A stretch of DNA of 64,000 nucleotides from a virus: IMG/VR virus record IMGVR_UViG_3300034358_000032, positions 5,581 to 69,580 of that record; one strand, given 5' to 3'. The position numbers and the translations under genes are program-made. Under the pieces are notes generated by a model that saw nothing but the letters and a program-made list of their open reading frames with translations, made no database searches and was not told the DNA's origin. This document shows positions 47,925 through 56,877 of the stretch, in pieces (within the stretch, counting starts at the first letter, position 1; every line of letters starts with the position of its first letter).

Positions 47925-48662
47925 ATGGCCCGTAGCAAGACCGGCGAAGACCTGAATCTGGTGGCGTCGCCCCTCCTGATTTCGATCGGAATCCGCGACC
48001 AGCAGGCGCTTGGTTGGATCAAGGTCAAAGCACCGGTGCTGCTGGCGATTGCGATGCAGCCGTTGCGGGACAGCAAGGCCGAGGCTGCCGCCGAACAGCA
48101 GGCGAGGGTGCAGCGAGTCGGCCGCGATCCGCTCGGCGTGGTTGACCTGGCCGACTACGGCCACTCGATCCGGCAGGTCGCGGTGCTGGACCATCGCGGG
48201 GTGACGCTGCGCGGGCCGGACGTCGAACTGTCGGAGGCCGCCGACGTCTCCGCGCCCAATCGCTGCGTGCGCCGGGCCCGCCGTTCCGATCCGCTGCTGA
48301 CCCTCGAACGCACCGGCTGCATCTCCTCGCTTCAGCTCGAGGCCGCCGAGCGGCTACGCGACGACATCGAACGCAGCGCCGCCAGCATGCCGGCCGGGAC
48401 GATGCCGGCGGCCCGCACGCCGCCGTGGGACAGGACGGGGGTCAGCGAGGCCCAGGTCGGCGCGATGGCTGCCGTCCGCGACGCAATAGCCGAGGTCGAT
48501 GAGAACGACCGCCTGGCGCTGCTGTGGATGCTGGCAGGGGGCTCCGTAGCCGGGTTCTCCCGCATAGCCCGCCAGCACCACCAAACCGTCACCAATAGCC
48601 TGAGAACCGCCCTGGCGGCTCTGGTCAGGCATTACCGACTGCACCGATGGAGAGAGACTTGA
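47925..48662 (+). CDS. DUF6456-like transcription regulator / antiterminator
   Basis: DPLLTLERTGCISSLQLEAAERLRDD...LRTALAALVRHY pattern; Q-like position after replication genes. Confidence 0.6.
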   Translation: MARSKTGEDLNLVASPLLISIGIRDQQALGWIKVKAPVLLAIAMQPLRDSKAEAAAEQQARVQRVGRDPLGVVDLADYGHSIRQVAVLDHRGVTLRGPDVELSEAADVSAPNRCVRRARRSDPLLTLERTGCISSLQLEAAERLRDDIERSAASMPAGTMPAARTPPWDRTGVSEAQVGAMAAVRDAIAEVDENDRLALLWMLAGGSVAGFSRIARQHHQTVTNSLRTALAALVRHYRLHRWRET

Positions 48663-49285
48663 GCGAGACCAAACGAAAGCCTGCGACACGACCGCGGCTG
48701 TCCGACATTTCCATACCGACGATCGAGATGGTGGCCGTTGCGGATCTCCGGCCGAACCCCAAGAACCCCAACAAGCATCCCGAGACGCAAATCCAGATGC
48801 TAATGGCGTCGCTGCAAAAGGACGGTCAGACCCGGCCGATTGTCGCCCGGCTCGCCAACAAGTCGATCATCGCCGGACATGGGGTGACGACAGCGGCGCG
48901 ACGCCTCGGCTGGACCGAGCTGCGTACCGTGCTGCTGGACGTCGATGCGGAGACCGCCAACCGGCTGATGCTGGCGGACCAAAAGCTGACGACCCTGTCC
49001 GAACTGGAACGCGGCCGCGTCGCCGAACTGATGAGCGAGATCGGGGAAGGGGACTGGTTCTCGACCGGCTATTCGATCGAAGAAGCGGCGAAGGTCCTGC
49101 AAGGGTTTTCGGAAAAGGAATTGGAAGTCTTCGAAATCGAAACCGCCACGGTGACCGATCTCTACTGGATCACGCTGCGCGGGCCACTGGCGGATCAGGC
49201 CATCGTCCTGCAAGCGGTTCGTAAGCTGGTCAAGGAACGCTTCCCTTCTGCGTCGATTGAACTCGGCACGACGGAGGATCAGTGA
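48659..49285 (+). CDS. ParB/Srx N-terminal domain protein
   Basis: LRPNPKNPNKH...G...PIV...IIAGHG...AARRLG. Confidence 0.88.
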   Translation: MSETKRKPATRPRLSDISIPTIEMVAVADLRPNPKNPNKHPETQIQMLMASLQKDGQTRPIVARLANKSIIAGHGVTTAARRLGWTELRTVLLDVDAETANRLMLADQKLTTLSELERGRVAELMSEIGEGDWFSTGYSIEEAAKVLQGFSEKELEVFEIETATVTDLYWITLRGPLADQAIVLQAVRKLVKERFPSASIELGTTEDQ

Positions 49286-49286
49286 T

Positions 49287-49553
49287 GTGGCAAGACGGGC
49301 TGCGCCGGTCAAACCCGTCGCGAAACCGACGCCGCACGGAACAGCGGGGGCTGACGACGTCCAAATCTGCTTTGCCTGCATGCGATGGCACCACGGACCG
49401 ATCCCCTGCGACCATGATGCAACGCTGCCGTGCTTTACTTGTGGGAAGCCACGAGGTTACCGCTTCTCCGGCCCCACGCGCGAGCTGCTCGGCCGCGCCA
49501 ACGAGTGCTTCAACTGCTGGTGGGCTGCGCAGCCGCCCGGCTCAATCCGGTAG
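49287..49553 (+). CDS. Small Cys-rich protein
   Basis: CFAC, CFTC and CFNC pairs. Confidence 0.55.
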   Translation: MARRAAPVKPVAKPTPHGTAGADDVQICFACMRWHHGPIPCDHDATLPCFTCGKPRGYRFSGPTRELLGRANECFNCWWAAQPPGSIR

Positions 49554-49557
49554 GAAC

Positions 49558-49839
49558 ATGGCAGACACACCACGTCTCTGCGACCACTGCGGCTACCTGA
49601 TGACCGTCAACCACGCGGTTGACCCGGAGGCGAGGCCTCCCGGGGACGGCGACATCTCGGTCTGCGGCGGGTGCGGCTATCCGTACAGGCGGAACGCCGG
49701 GGCATGGGAGGCGATGACGCTTACCCACCTGCTGACGCTGAGCAGTGCCGAGCTGCACGAAATCGTGGAACTGCGCCTCATCGTCCTGAACTGGCGAGAG
49801 ACCCAACCGGTGCCTGAGCCAAAAGGGAAACCGTCATGA
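49558..49839 (+). CDS. Small zinc-ribbon protein
   Basis: AGGA RBS; CDHCG and PGDGDISVCGGCG. Confidence 0.65.
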   Translation: MADTPRLCDHCGYLMTVNHAVDPEARPPGDGDISVCGGCGYPYRRNAGAWEAMTLTHLLTLSSAELHEIVELRLIVLNWRETQPVPEPKGKPS

Positions 49840-49982
49840 TAGTCACTCTCGGGATCGGCTTTGTCCTGGGCTACTGCTGGAGCGTGGCCCTGGACAACAT
49901 GGAGGACGGCGGGGTTCTGGTCTTTATCATGCTGGCGTCGATCGGCGTGCTGGCGCTGATCTTCCTGTGGTCGGCGCAGTAG
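49836..49982 (+). CDS. 48 aa two-TM membrane protein; absent from the ORF track
   Basis: ATGA coupling; MIVTLGIGFVLGYCWSVAL...VLVFIMLASIGVLALIFLW. Confidence 0.55.
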   Translation: MIVTLGIGFVLGYCWSVALDNMEDGGVLVFIMLASIGVLALIFLWSAQ

Positions 49983-49983
49983 C

Positions 49984-50610
49984 ATGGACATCTCCGGCGA
50001 CCTGCTGCGTTACGGGAAAACCGACAACTCCCCGGCGGCGAACACGGCAAAGATACGGATCCGCGAAAACGTCCTGCAGATGCTCGGCGAGCAGCAAAGC
50101 CATGTGTTCGATGCCTTTGCGGGCGAAGGCACGATGTATCGCGGGGTCTGGAACCGGGCTGCTTCCTATATCGGGTGCGATAAGGGCGAGTTCGACGACG
50201 GCCGGCTCGCTTTCGCAAAGCTGGACACCCATCGCGTGCTTCGCGCCGTCGATCTGAGCCGGTGGAACCTGTTCGACATCGATCACCACGGTTCGCCCTG
50301 GGAAGCGGCCTACATCATCGCCCGACGCCGGCCGAGGCTTGAGCCGGGCGAGCTGCTCGGGGTCATCCTGACCGAAGGCACCGGGCTTAAGATGAACATG
50401 GGCGGGGTATCGAAAGCTCTCGCGACCATGGCGAAGATCCGCGTGCAGATGCCCGGGATGGGCGCCGCGCGCGGGGAGATCATCGACCGGGCGTTGATCG
50501 AATTGGGGCGCATGATGAACGGGGAGATTGTCAAACGGTGGCAGGCTAACAGCGGCAAGGGGTCGCGCGTCGCGTATATCGGCCTGGTTTTCAAAGGTAT
50601 TGGCTCATGA
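49984..50610 (+). CDS. SAM-dependent methyltransferase-fold protein
   Basis: Motif I VFDAFAGEG; FDIDHHGSPW resembles the DxDPxG motif of Trm1/TcmP-type MTases. Confidence 0.7.
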   Translation: MDISGDLLRYGKTDNSPAANTAKIRIRENVLQMLGEQQSHVFDAFAGEGTMYRGVWNRAASYIGCDKGEFDDGRLAFAKLDTHRVLRAVDLSRWNLFDIDHHGSPWEAAYIIARRRPRLEPGELLGVILTEGTGLKMNMGGVSKALATMAKIRVQMPGMGAARGEIIDRALIELGRMMNGEIVKRWQANSGKGSRVAYIGLVFKGIGS

Positions 50611-51050
50611 GTAGCGCGGCAACCGTTGTGCGGGAATTCGAGACGCTGGCGAACTCGCCCGCGATGACGATGGCAGTCACCGCCTGGCGTGATCTGCTGA
50701 TCGCAAACCACATGGACAGCGACCAGTTCCCGGTCGGCTGGGACCATCGGGCGCTCATCGCCTTTCGGGAGGAAAAAGCGATCGGCTTCCTGACATGGTC
50801 CGACCTGGCGTGGTCCAACACGCTCCACGTCGTGCTGGCCTATGTCGTGCCCGCGTGCCGCCGTCAGCACGTCCATACGCTGATGTTCGGCGAGCTGGTG
50901 CGCCGAGCGCAGGAGTTGCAGCGGCCGGTCATCACCGGCGGGACGAGCATCTACAACAAGGCGATGCGTGCGACCTTCGCCGCTCAAGGCCGACAGGAAA
51001 CCGCGGTGATGACGCGCTTTGTGGTGCCTAAGCCGGGAGCCCGACCGTGA
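50607..51050 (+). CDS. GNAT family N-acetyltransferase
   Basis: AYVVPACRRQHV motif A and N.AMRATF..QG motif B. Confidence 0.8.
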   Translation: MSSAATVVREFETLANSPAMTMAVTAWRDLLIANHMDSDQFPVGWDHRALIAFREEKAIGFLTWSDLAWSNTLHVVLAYVVPACRRQHVHTLMFGELVRRAQELQRPVITGGTSIYNKAMRATFAAQGRQETAVMTRFVVPKPGARP

Positions 51051-51556
51051 GCAAAATGCCGTGGATTGACGATCCGGTCACGACGCCGCCCAGCCTGACG
51101 GGGCACTCGCGGGCATGGCGGGTTGACCTTGCGAAGATCAAGGCGTCCGGCCTCACGGTCGACAACGGGTGCGTGGCGTGCTGGCTGGTCGAGGCCCCTT
51201 GGGCGCATCCGATCTGGCACAGCTATCGGATTTCGGTGGCCCACCTGCACCCGCTCGCCCGGGTGCCTGATCCGGTGATTTACCGGCCGGGGGCGACGCA
51301 CGAAATGGTCGTCCTGGCGCTGGATCCGAGGGCGCCACGACAGCCCTTGCTCGATCGCGGCGAGGGGGAGCCGCTGTTCCCGGTGAACTTCGCAGCACAG
51401 ATGATCGAAACCAATGACGCAACGGCTGCGCTAAAAGTTGAACGGGCAGTCGAAATGATAGTGGCTGGTCGCCTCAGTCCTGATACTGACTTTTTGAGCC
51501 ATTGGAGCGCCCTTTTTGGCGACGACATGATGCTCGATCGGAGACTGAAACAGTGA
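51047..51556 (+). CDS. Hypothetical phage protein
   Basis: APWAHPIWHSY...GATHE...LSPDTDF; coupled. Confidence 0.75.
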   Translation: MSKMPWIDDPVTTPPSLTGHSRAWRVDLAKIKASGLTVDNGCVACWLVEAPWAHPIWHSYRISVAHLHPLARVPDPVIYRPGATHEMVVLALDPRAPRQPLLDRGEGEPLFPVNFAAQMIETNDATAALKVERAVEMIVAGRLSPDTDFLSHWSALFGDDMMLDRRLKQ

Positions 51557-51894
51557 ACATGATCGAACCGAAAGACATCGGGCGACCGGTGATTTATCGG
51601 AGCCACGGCGGCGACAAGAACGAAGCAGGGATCATCTGCGGACTGAACAGTGCGGTAATCTTCGTCAGGTATGCAGGGCGCCAGCATTTGGAGGCGACCT
51701 ATCCGCGAGACCTGGAATTTATCCAGCCCGCGACGTTGTGCAGCGGCGGCTCGGCTGAGCAGAAGGCACGGCACTTCTACGACCAGGTGCTGGCGAAGAC
51801 GTCGCTTGACCCCTCGCAAATCTCAAACGCGATTGATCAGGACTGGACTGCGTATCTGCCTCTGGTGGTGGATGCGATGCCAGTAGCGGCCTAA
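51553..51894 (+). CDS. Hypothetical protein
   Basis: GTGA coupling; DIGRPVIY SH3-like N-terminus. Confidence 0.65.
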   Translation: MNMIEPKDIGRPVIYRSHGGDKNEAGIICGLNSAVIFVRYAGRQHLEATYPRDLEFIQPATLCSGGSAEQKARHFYDQVLAKTSLDPSQISNAIDQDWTAYLPLVVDAMPVAA

Positions 51895-52119
51895 ATGAGC
51901 TACCGCGTTTCAACCCATCGCGCCGGTCACTCGCTCTGGTGGTGGCGCGATAACACACCCATTCCAGCCGATCACGACAGTATCCGCCCGGCGACGCAGG
52001 CGGAGGCGGCGCTGATGGACAAGATAGTCGAACAGGACGCCCGCCTCGGGGCGCCGCCGCTCGACATCTCGATCAGCCTGCTGGCGCTGATGGGCAACGC
52101 CAAACGACGAATCAACTAA
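51895..52119 (+). CDS. Hypothetical protein
   Basis: Abuts the previous stop; last rightward gene of the block. Confidence 0.55.
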   Translation: MSYRVSTHRAGHSLWWWRDNTPIPADHDSIRPATQAEAALMDKIVEQDARLGAPPLDISISLLALMGNAKRRIN

Positions 52120-52346
52120 AGCGAGTCGATTTCTTCGGCGGCAAGGTCAAACCGGGCGAGCCTCATCGGAAACCCGGTTTGCTCCTTTACCAACTCAGCG
52201 TATGGGCGCAGGGAGCGCATCCGGTCGAGATCGGCGCCGACCAGGGGCATCCACACCGGCTTTCCATCGACCATCAGCGCAGCTCCGGCGACGCCCTCGC
52301 CGTCGGGTTCGGTCACGACCCAGGCGTAGAGGCTGGTGATGATCAT
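52116..52346 (-). CDS. Hypothetical protein
   Basis: WMPLVGADLDRMRSLR; coupled. Confidence 0.7.
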   Translation of the reverse strand: MIITSLYAWVVTEPDGEGVAGAALMVDGKPVWMPLVGADLDRMRSLRPYAELVKEQTGFPMRLARFDLAAEEIDSL

Positions 52347-52585
52347 GGCTCGTATTCCACAAAGAAAATCTCACCGGTCGTGGTGTTGGCAGCGTATTTC
52401 CGGCCTTCCGGCAGGCCGTGCTCGATAGCCGCCTCTCGGACCCGGTGATGCGGCAGCGTCTTGTCGATGATCGTTATCCCGGTCTCGAGGTTGACGGTGA
52501 ACGTTGGGTTCTTAGCGGCATCCTTGATGCGCGTGGCCTGCTCGGGCGTCAGGCGCTTGCCCGTGTCGGTTAACTTGGGTGTCAC
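52343..52585 (-). CDS. Hypothetical protein
   Basis: 4-nt overlaps on both sides. Confidence 0.65.
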   Translation of the reverse strand: MTPKLTDTGKRLTPEQATRIKDAAKNPTFTVNLETGITIIDKTLPHHRVREAAIEHGLPEGRKYAANTTTGEIFFVEYEP

Positions 52586-53214
52586 TGCGACATCTCCACC
52601 CGAACGGCCTTCTGCATGATGGCGCGTTCCTGATCCGTGCGGGCAACCACCTGGCCGTCACGCACCTCGTGCCATTTCCCATCTTCGGACATAGCCGGCG
52701 GGAACACCGTCATGGCCCGGCGGCTGCTCCAGCGGACGATCGTGGCGTAGCCGTGCTTCTCGCCCATCATCGCCATGAACTCGCGCAGCTTCGGATCTTT
52801 GTGCGCGTCGGGAAATGCCGGATCGACCCATACCTGGATGACGTCGATCTTTTGCGTGCCGCGCTCGCCCGTTATCGTGACGTAGTCAACCTCCATGTCG
52901 ATCACGTAGTGGACGCGATCCGGTCGCTGCAAGCCGGCGGCTTCGGGATCAGATAACCAGCGGCATGCCCAGGTCTTGCAGGCGTTTGGCCGCCGCGGAT
53001 AGATCGTGCATCCACGCCCGGCGCTCGAATGCTTGCACTTCTGCCCGGCGGCCTTGTTCAGCGGGAACACCGGCACCGGTAAGAGCTTGCAGCACAAGGT
53101 GCACGTTCCGCAGACACGGCCCGTTCCCTTATCGTCGAACGTCACTGTAAATCCGCCGTCGGCATCCGTGGTAATCTTCATGCGGTCGCCCGCCAGTTCG
53201 AATGACGGGGTCAT
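52582..53214 (-). CDS. CxxCxxCC (YkgJ-like) cysteine-cluster protein
   Basis: CGTCTLCCK...CKH...GCTIY..RP.AC...C. Confidence 0.8.
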   Translation of the reverse strand: MTPSFELAGDRMKITTDADGGFTVTFDDKGTGRVCGTCTLCCKLLPVPVFPLNKAAGQKCKHSSAGRGCTIYPRRPNACKTWACRWLSDPEAAGLQRPDRVHYVIDMEVDYVTITGERGTQKIDVIQVWVDPAFPDAHKDPKLREFMAMMGEKHGYATIVRWSSRRAMTVFPPAMSEDGKWHEVRDGQVVARTDQERAIMQKAVRVEMSQ

Positions 53215-53429
53215 TTGAAGCTCGCGATCCAGTCGCGCACGGAGGCCGGGCCCTTCAGCGCGGCGATTGTTCCAGCGCGGATCACGGCGAGGGGCGTGAA
53301 CTGGCCCCTGAGTTCGTCGTGCTTGTTGATGTCTGAAACCAGAGAGGCGGCAGCAGCCGCCGCCTCTCCGGCGTTGAGATGCTCTGCCGCCCTGGCTTTC
53401 GCCCAGGCAAGGTGTTCGTCGCGGGTCAT
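53211..53429 (-). CDS. Hypothetical protein
   Basis: MTRDEHLAWAKARA; coupled. Confidence 0.7.
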   Translation of the reverse strand: MTRDEHLAWAKARAAEHLNAGEAAAAAASLVSDINKHDELRGQFTPLAVIRAGTIAALKGPASVRDWIASFK

Positions 53430-53779
53430 AATTTGAACCTCGTCAGGATTGCTTTAGCTGAGTCGATCTTGCTCTGCGGAACTTCCATGCACGCCGCCCA
53501 GGCCGACGCGACCTCGCTTAGCAGCCGATAGTCCGATCCGCTCATCTCAAGTTTCCAGCGTTGCGCGCAGGCCAGGCAGCGGTCGTGCAGGCCCTTGTTG
53601 ACCTGCACCCATTTGTCGTCATCGCTCATCGGGGGTTCTCGTTTCCGATCTTCGCAGTGGTCGGCCCACAGCTTGCCAAATGCACCGACGTTCCAGTGGT
53701 ATTGGCACTTGCCCTGACCGGCGATCAGTCCGGGGACGCCGGGCTGACCGCAGATCGTGCATGGGTTGTTCGTCGTCAC
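53426..53779 (-). CDS. Hypothetical protein with N-terminal Cys/His motif
   Basis: CTICG...CQYH; coupled. Confidence 0.6.
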   Translation of the reverse strand: MTTNNPCTICGQPGVPGLIAGQGKCQYHWNVGAFGKLWADHCEDRKREPPMSDDDKWVQVNKGLHDRCLACAQRWKLEMSGSDYRLLSEVASAWAACMEVPQSKIDSAKAILTRFKL

Positions 53780-54261
53780 GGTTGCTTCTTCGCCGGATCG
53801 AACTGCCCAAAGACTTCGCCCGTCCTGGCGAGAACCGCCTTCTCGACCGTGCCATCCGGGTTGAACGAGTAGATTGTCGACGCCGGCTCCGAGGCGTTCG
53901 CCTTGGCCCAGGAACTCACCTGTTCCGGCGATCGGAACTCCACCATGTCAGCGACCTGCTCAACGGTCAGAGCCACGTCAGCGTTGCCCATGTAGTCGCC
54001 GTCGGTGTCGTTGATCTCAAGGCCGACGATCACGCCGTTGCCCGCAAGCGGCTGATCCGGCCGGACGGTGATGCGGAAGAACTTATCGGGGGCCTTCAAC
54101 AGCCCCTCCTCGTCCACGAACAGCACATCGCCGCTTGGCCAGCCGTAGGCGGCCTGGATGTAGCCGCCGACCAGGGTCCGCAGCGCAGTCCAGTCCGAGG
54201 TTTTCAGTTCGACGAGGCTGATCTCCCGCTTCGTCGCGTCGATGAAGATTACTTTGCTCAT
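53776..54261 (-). CDS. DUF3846-like protein
   Basis: LVGGYIQ...LFVDEEGLLK...LAGN. Confidence 0.75.
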   Translation of the reverse strand: MSKVIFIDATKREISLVELKTSDWTALRTLVGGYIQAAYGWPSGDVLFVDEEGLLKAPDKFFRITVRPDQPLAGNGVIVGLEINDTDGDYMGNADVALTVEQVADMVEFRSPEQVSSWAKANASEPASTIYSFNPDGTVEKAVLARTGEVFGQFDPAKKQP

Positions 54262-54563
54262 TGGATGATCCTTGGCTTGGCGTAGCGCGGCGTGAACAGG
54301 CCATCGAGGCGGCCCTTGTCGCGGTCCATGTGTGCGCTGATGCCATAGATATCGTGGACGAAATTGACCTCGTCAGCATCGCGCAGGTCCAGCAGCCGTA
54401 GCGGCGTGGTGGCGTGGCAGGCCGCCAGGTCAAGCGCGAGCGTAAAGGCGTGCAGCGGATGGCCCAGCCGGTCGGCCGTCTCCATCGCGCGGCGATGGAT
54501 GTCGCGGATGATCTCGGCCTCCTGCTTGGTGACGGCGAAGTTGAACTGGCACGGATCGATCAT
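54258..54563 (-). CDS. DUF6874-like small phage protein
   Basis: LDLAACH...PLRL..L.DADEVNFVHDIYGI..H.DR..G.L...F.PR. Confidence 0.7.
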   Translation of the reverse strand: MIDPCQFNFAVTKQEAEIIRDIHRRAMETADRLGHPLHAFTLALDLAACHATTPLRLLDLRDADEVNFVHDIYGISAHMDRDKGRLDGLFTPRYAKPRIIQ

Positions 54564-54814
54564 GACGGCCGAACCAATTCTTCAAGCATGGACATGCACT
54601 CCGAAACCTTGAGCCGGGCGAGTGTTTTCTCCGCGTCAGTGGCGGCCAGCATCCTGCCGACCGCTTCGTATTGCTCCATTGCTTCATGGATGATCATGCG
54701 GCGCAGATCGATGTTCATTGTGATAGCCCTTGTTCCATCGCCGGGTATGTGTGGCTGCTTCGAAGCCCAGGCTCTGGCGACCGCAAGAACCGTTTCTTTC
54801 GGAAAGCGTCTCAT
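54560..54814 (-). CDS. Hypothetical protein
   Basis: GGAGAG RBS before ATG 54814. Confidence 0.6.
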   Translation of the reverse strand: MRRFPKETVLAVARAWASKQPHIPGDGTRAITMNIDLRRMIIHEAMEQYEAVGRMLAATDAEKTLARLKVSECMSMLEELVRPS

Positions 54815-54874
54815 GCCTTCTCTCCATGCGCAGTGACCGGCCGGGGCGCGCAACCCCGACCGGTCGTTGTGGTC
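54815..54874 (-). promoter_or_regulatory. Hairpin plus conserved RBS block
   Basis: 12-bp stem 54835-54865; CTGCGCATGGAGAGA identical to 55751-55765. Confidence 0.55.
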
Positions 54875-55744
54875 TCACATCAGCGGCGGTTGAGCCAGCA
54901 GAAGGTGCTCCGGCATCGGCACCGGATCACGCGGCCCCGCCCGTAGCGCCTCCCATAGCCACGGGTTGGCATCCAGCCGCAGCCGCGCCGCGTCGGTCGC
55001 CTCGGCCTCCAAGTGGTGCAGGCGCATCATCGGCACCCGCTTGCCCTTGCGGTCGTGGACGGTCTGCTCGGCCCGAACTCTGAGCACATACCGCAGCGCA
55101 TCCACCGGGCTCGCGTGATCCGGCATGATGCCGTCCGGCACATCGATCCGCGGCTCGGCACCGATCCACATCAGCCGCGGATCAATGGCTTCCAGAAAGG
55201 CCTCGTCGGCAAATACCCCGCGCCAAACGCCGAGAACCGGGATGAAGCCGAACCACAGCAGGAAAGCGCCGGGGCGCGACCAGGACGGCACCGTCCCCAA
55301 CTCGGCCCTCAACTCCGCGATCAGATACTCCCTCGGGTTGCGGTATTTGCGCTCAACCTCCTCCTCGACCTCGTTCGGATCAGGTTCGGGCGCTTCGGGA
55401 TCGACAACCGGCGTCGGGTTGAGCAGCCGTTCCACGATGTCGATCAGCGGCTCCAACCGCTGCTTGCGCAGCTTCCACAGCGGCGAATCGTAGTAGGGCC
55501 TGCCCATTGAGACGCGATCCCGCCGGGGCTTGTTCAGTAGCTCATCGATCTCGTCGCAGACCTGACTTATGGCGATCACACAAGAGGCCAGATCGACCGG
55601 CAAAGCAGGCTTTTCGGGCTCCGCGGGAACGCTGACCACATCAGCAGGTTTGCCCGATTTGGCCCTCGGTTTGCCGGGCGGTTTGCCCTTGCTGAGCGGC
55701 TTGCCCTTCCAGACCGGGGCGGTCTTGATTGCACGTTTAGCCAT
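54875..55744 (-). CDS. Hypothetical protein
   Basis: GGAG RBS before ATG 55744; Lys/Pro-rich N-terminus. Confidence 0.7.
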   Translation of the reverse strand: MAKRAIKTAPVWKGKPLSKGKPPGKPRAKSGKPADVVSVPAEPEKPALPVDLASCVIAISQVCDEIDELLNKPRRDRVSMGRPYYDSPLWKLRKQRLEPLIDIVERLLNPTPVVDPEAPEPDPNEVEEEVERKYRNPREYLIAELRAELGTVPSWSRPGAFLLWFGFIPVLGVWRGVFADEAFLEAIDPRLMWIGAEPRIDVPDGIMPDHASPVDALRYVLRVRAEQTVHDRKGKRVPMMRLHHLEAEATDAARLRLDANPWLWEALRAGPRDPVPMPEHLLLAQPPLM

Positions 55745-55843
55745 GACGCATCTCTCCATGCGCAGATGCCGGGAACCGCCCGGCGCGGGTGCCGGAGGCA
55801 CACAGAGGGAGGCAGCGAACCGCCTCGCTCCGCGCGCTCCCGG
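55745..55843 (-). ncRNA. Structured leader element, copy D (divergent)
   Basis: Same P1 / alternative P2 / P3 / GGAG architecture as copies A-C; G-U pairs fit the minus-strand RNA. Confidence 0.55.
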
Positions 55844-56728
55844 TCAGAGCAGGCCTGTCGGGTTCATCGCCGCCTTGATGTGCTCGAAGGCCTCCGGCAG
55901 TTCCCGGAAAATGCTCTTGTCGATGGTCGCCCCGCCCTTCTCGTCCGGCAGCAGTTCCCATCCATTTTCCACCAACCAGGCGAACTTGCCCTTTACGCCA
56001 TAGTGGTGCGGGGCTTGGTCGAGGTTGGGGTGACTGCCGATCGTGCCGTGCTGCTTGAGCCAGACCGCGGACCCCACCATGGCGGCGGCCTCGAGCGCGC
56101 CGACCAGCGCATGCCGCGACATCCGCCGGGCGCGCGGGCCGCTCTCCCCGCCGATGATCACCCAATTCATGTCGGTGAAGTTCAGCTTGTCCGAAGTGCC
56201 GATCAGCGGCTCGGCACTGACAAAGAACGTCCCTGCCCCGACCCGCTGCTTGACCGTGCGCCAGATGTCCAACCGCTTGGCAACCTCGTCTCCCTCGACG
56301 GTCACCCCGACCCAGATATGCCGCGGAATGCCTAAGCCGCCGTAGCGTTGCACCAGCAGCTTGCGCGCCCGCACCGGCCGCTTCGTCAGGATCTGGAACA
56401 CGATGGTCGGGTGCTCCTCCATCACGTCCAGGCACCGGAAAATCACGTCATCGGGGATAGCGTCATGCCAAAAGTCGGACAGGGAATTGACGAAGACCAT
56501 GTGCGGCCGCAACCCCCTCTCCGTTCTCATCGGCTTGAATTTCCTAATATCCGCGAGCCGTTCGAGCCGCAGGCGCACCTCGTCAAACTTCTGGCGAAAT
56601 GTCGCGGGCCGCAGGTTGACCAGCGTTTCCGCGTAGCAATTATCGCAGCCAGCCGAGACCTTGGTGCAGCCGATGGCGAGCCCCCATGTCGAATCACACC
56701 AACTGATATTCGAACCTATGTTCGTCAC
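55844..56728 (-). CDS. DUF5131 (phage Gp37/Gp68) radical-SAM-like protein
   Basis: ISWCDSTW...GCTKVSAGCDNCYAE (Cx6Cx2C), FVNSLSD, FQILTKRP, SAEPL, WVIIGGESG and KQ; AAGGAG RBS favours GTG 56728. Confidence 0.92.
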   Translation of the reverse strand: MTNIGSNISWCDSTWGLAIGCTKVSAGCDNCYAETLVNLRPATFRQKFDEVRLRLERLADIRKFKPMRTERGLRPHMVFVNSLSDFWHDAIPDDVIFRCLDVMEEHPTIVFQILTKRPVRARKLLVQRYGGLGIPRHIWVGVTVEGDEVAKRLDIWRTVKQRVGAGTFFVSAEPLIGTSDKLNFTDMNWVIIGGESGPRARRMSRHALVGALEAAAMVGSAVWLKQHGTIGSHPNLDQAPHHYGVKGKFAWLVENGWELLPDEKGGATIDKSIFRELPEAFEHIKAAMNPTGLL

Positions 56729-56877
56729 GTCGACTCCTTCTTTGAACTCCGCCCCGCTATAGTCCACAGCGTCCCATGAGGGATCGCCGCGCGCAGCGGT
56801 GCGTAATGCCTGTTCCTCGGCAGACACCGGGCATTGCGAGGTGCGGCGCCGGTCTCTCCACCGGCGCCGCTATCGCC

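Noticed and set aside
47789-47935. 48-codon ORF coupled to the helicase stop
   Set aside because: Atypical composition and no motif; the region may instead be regulatory.
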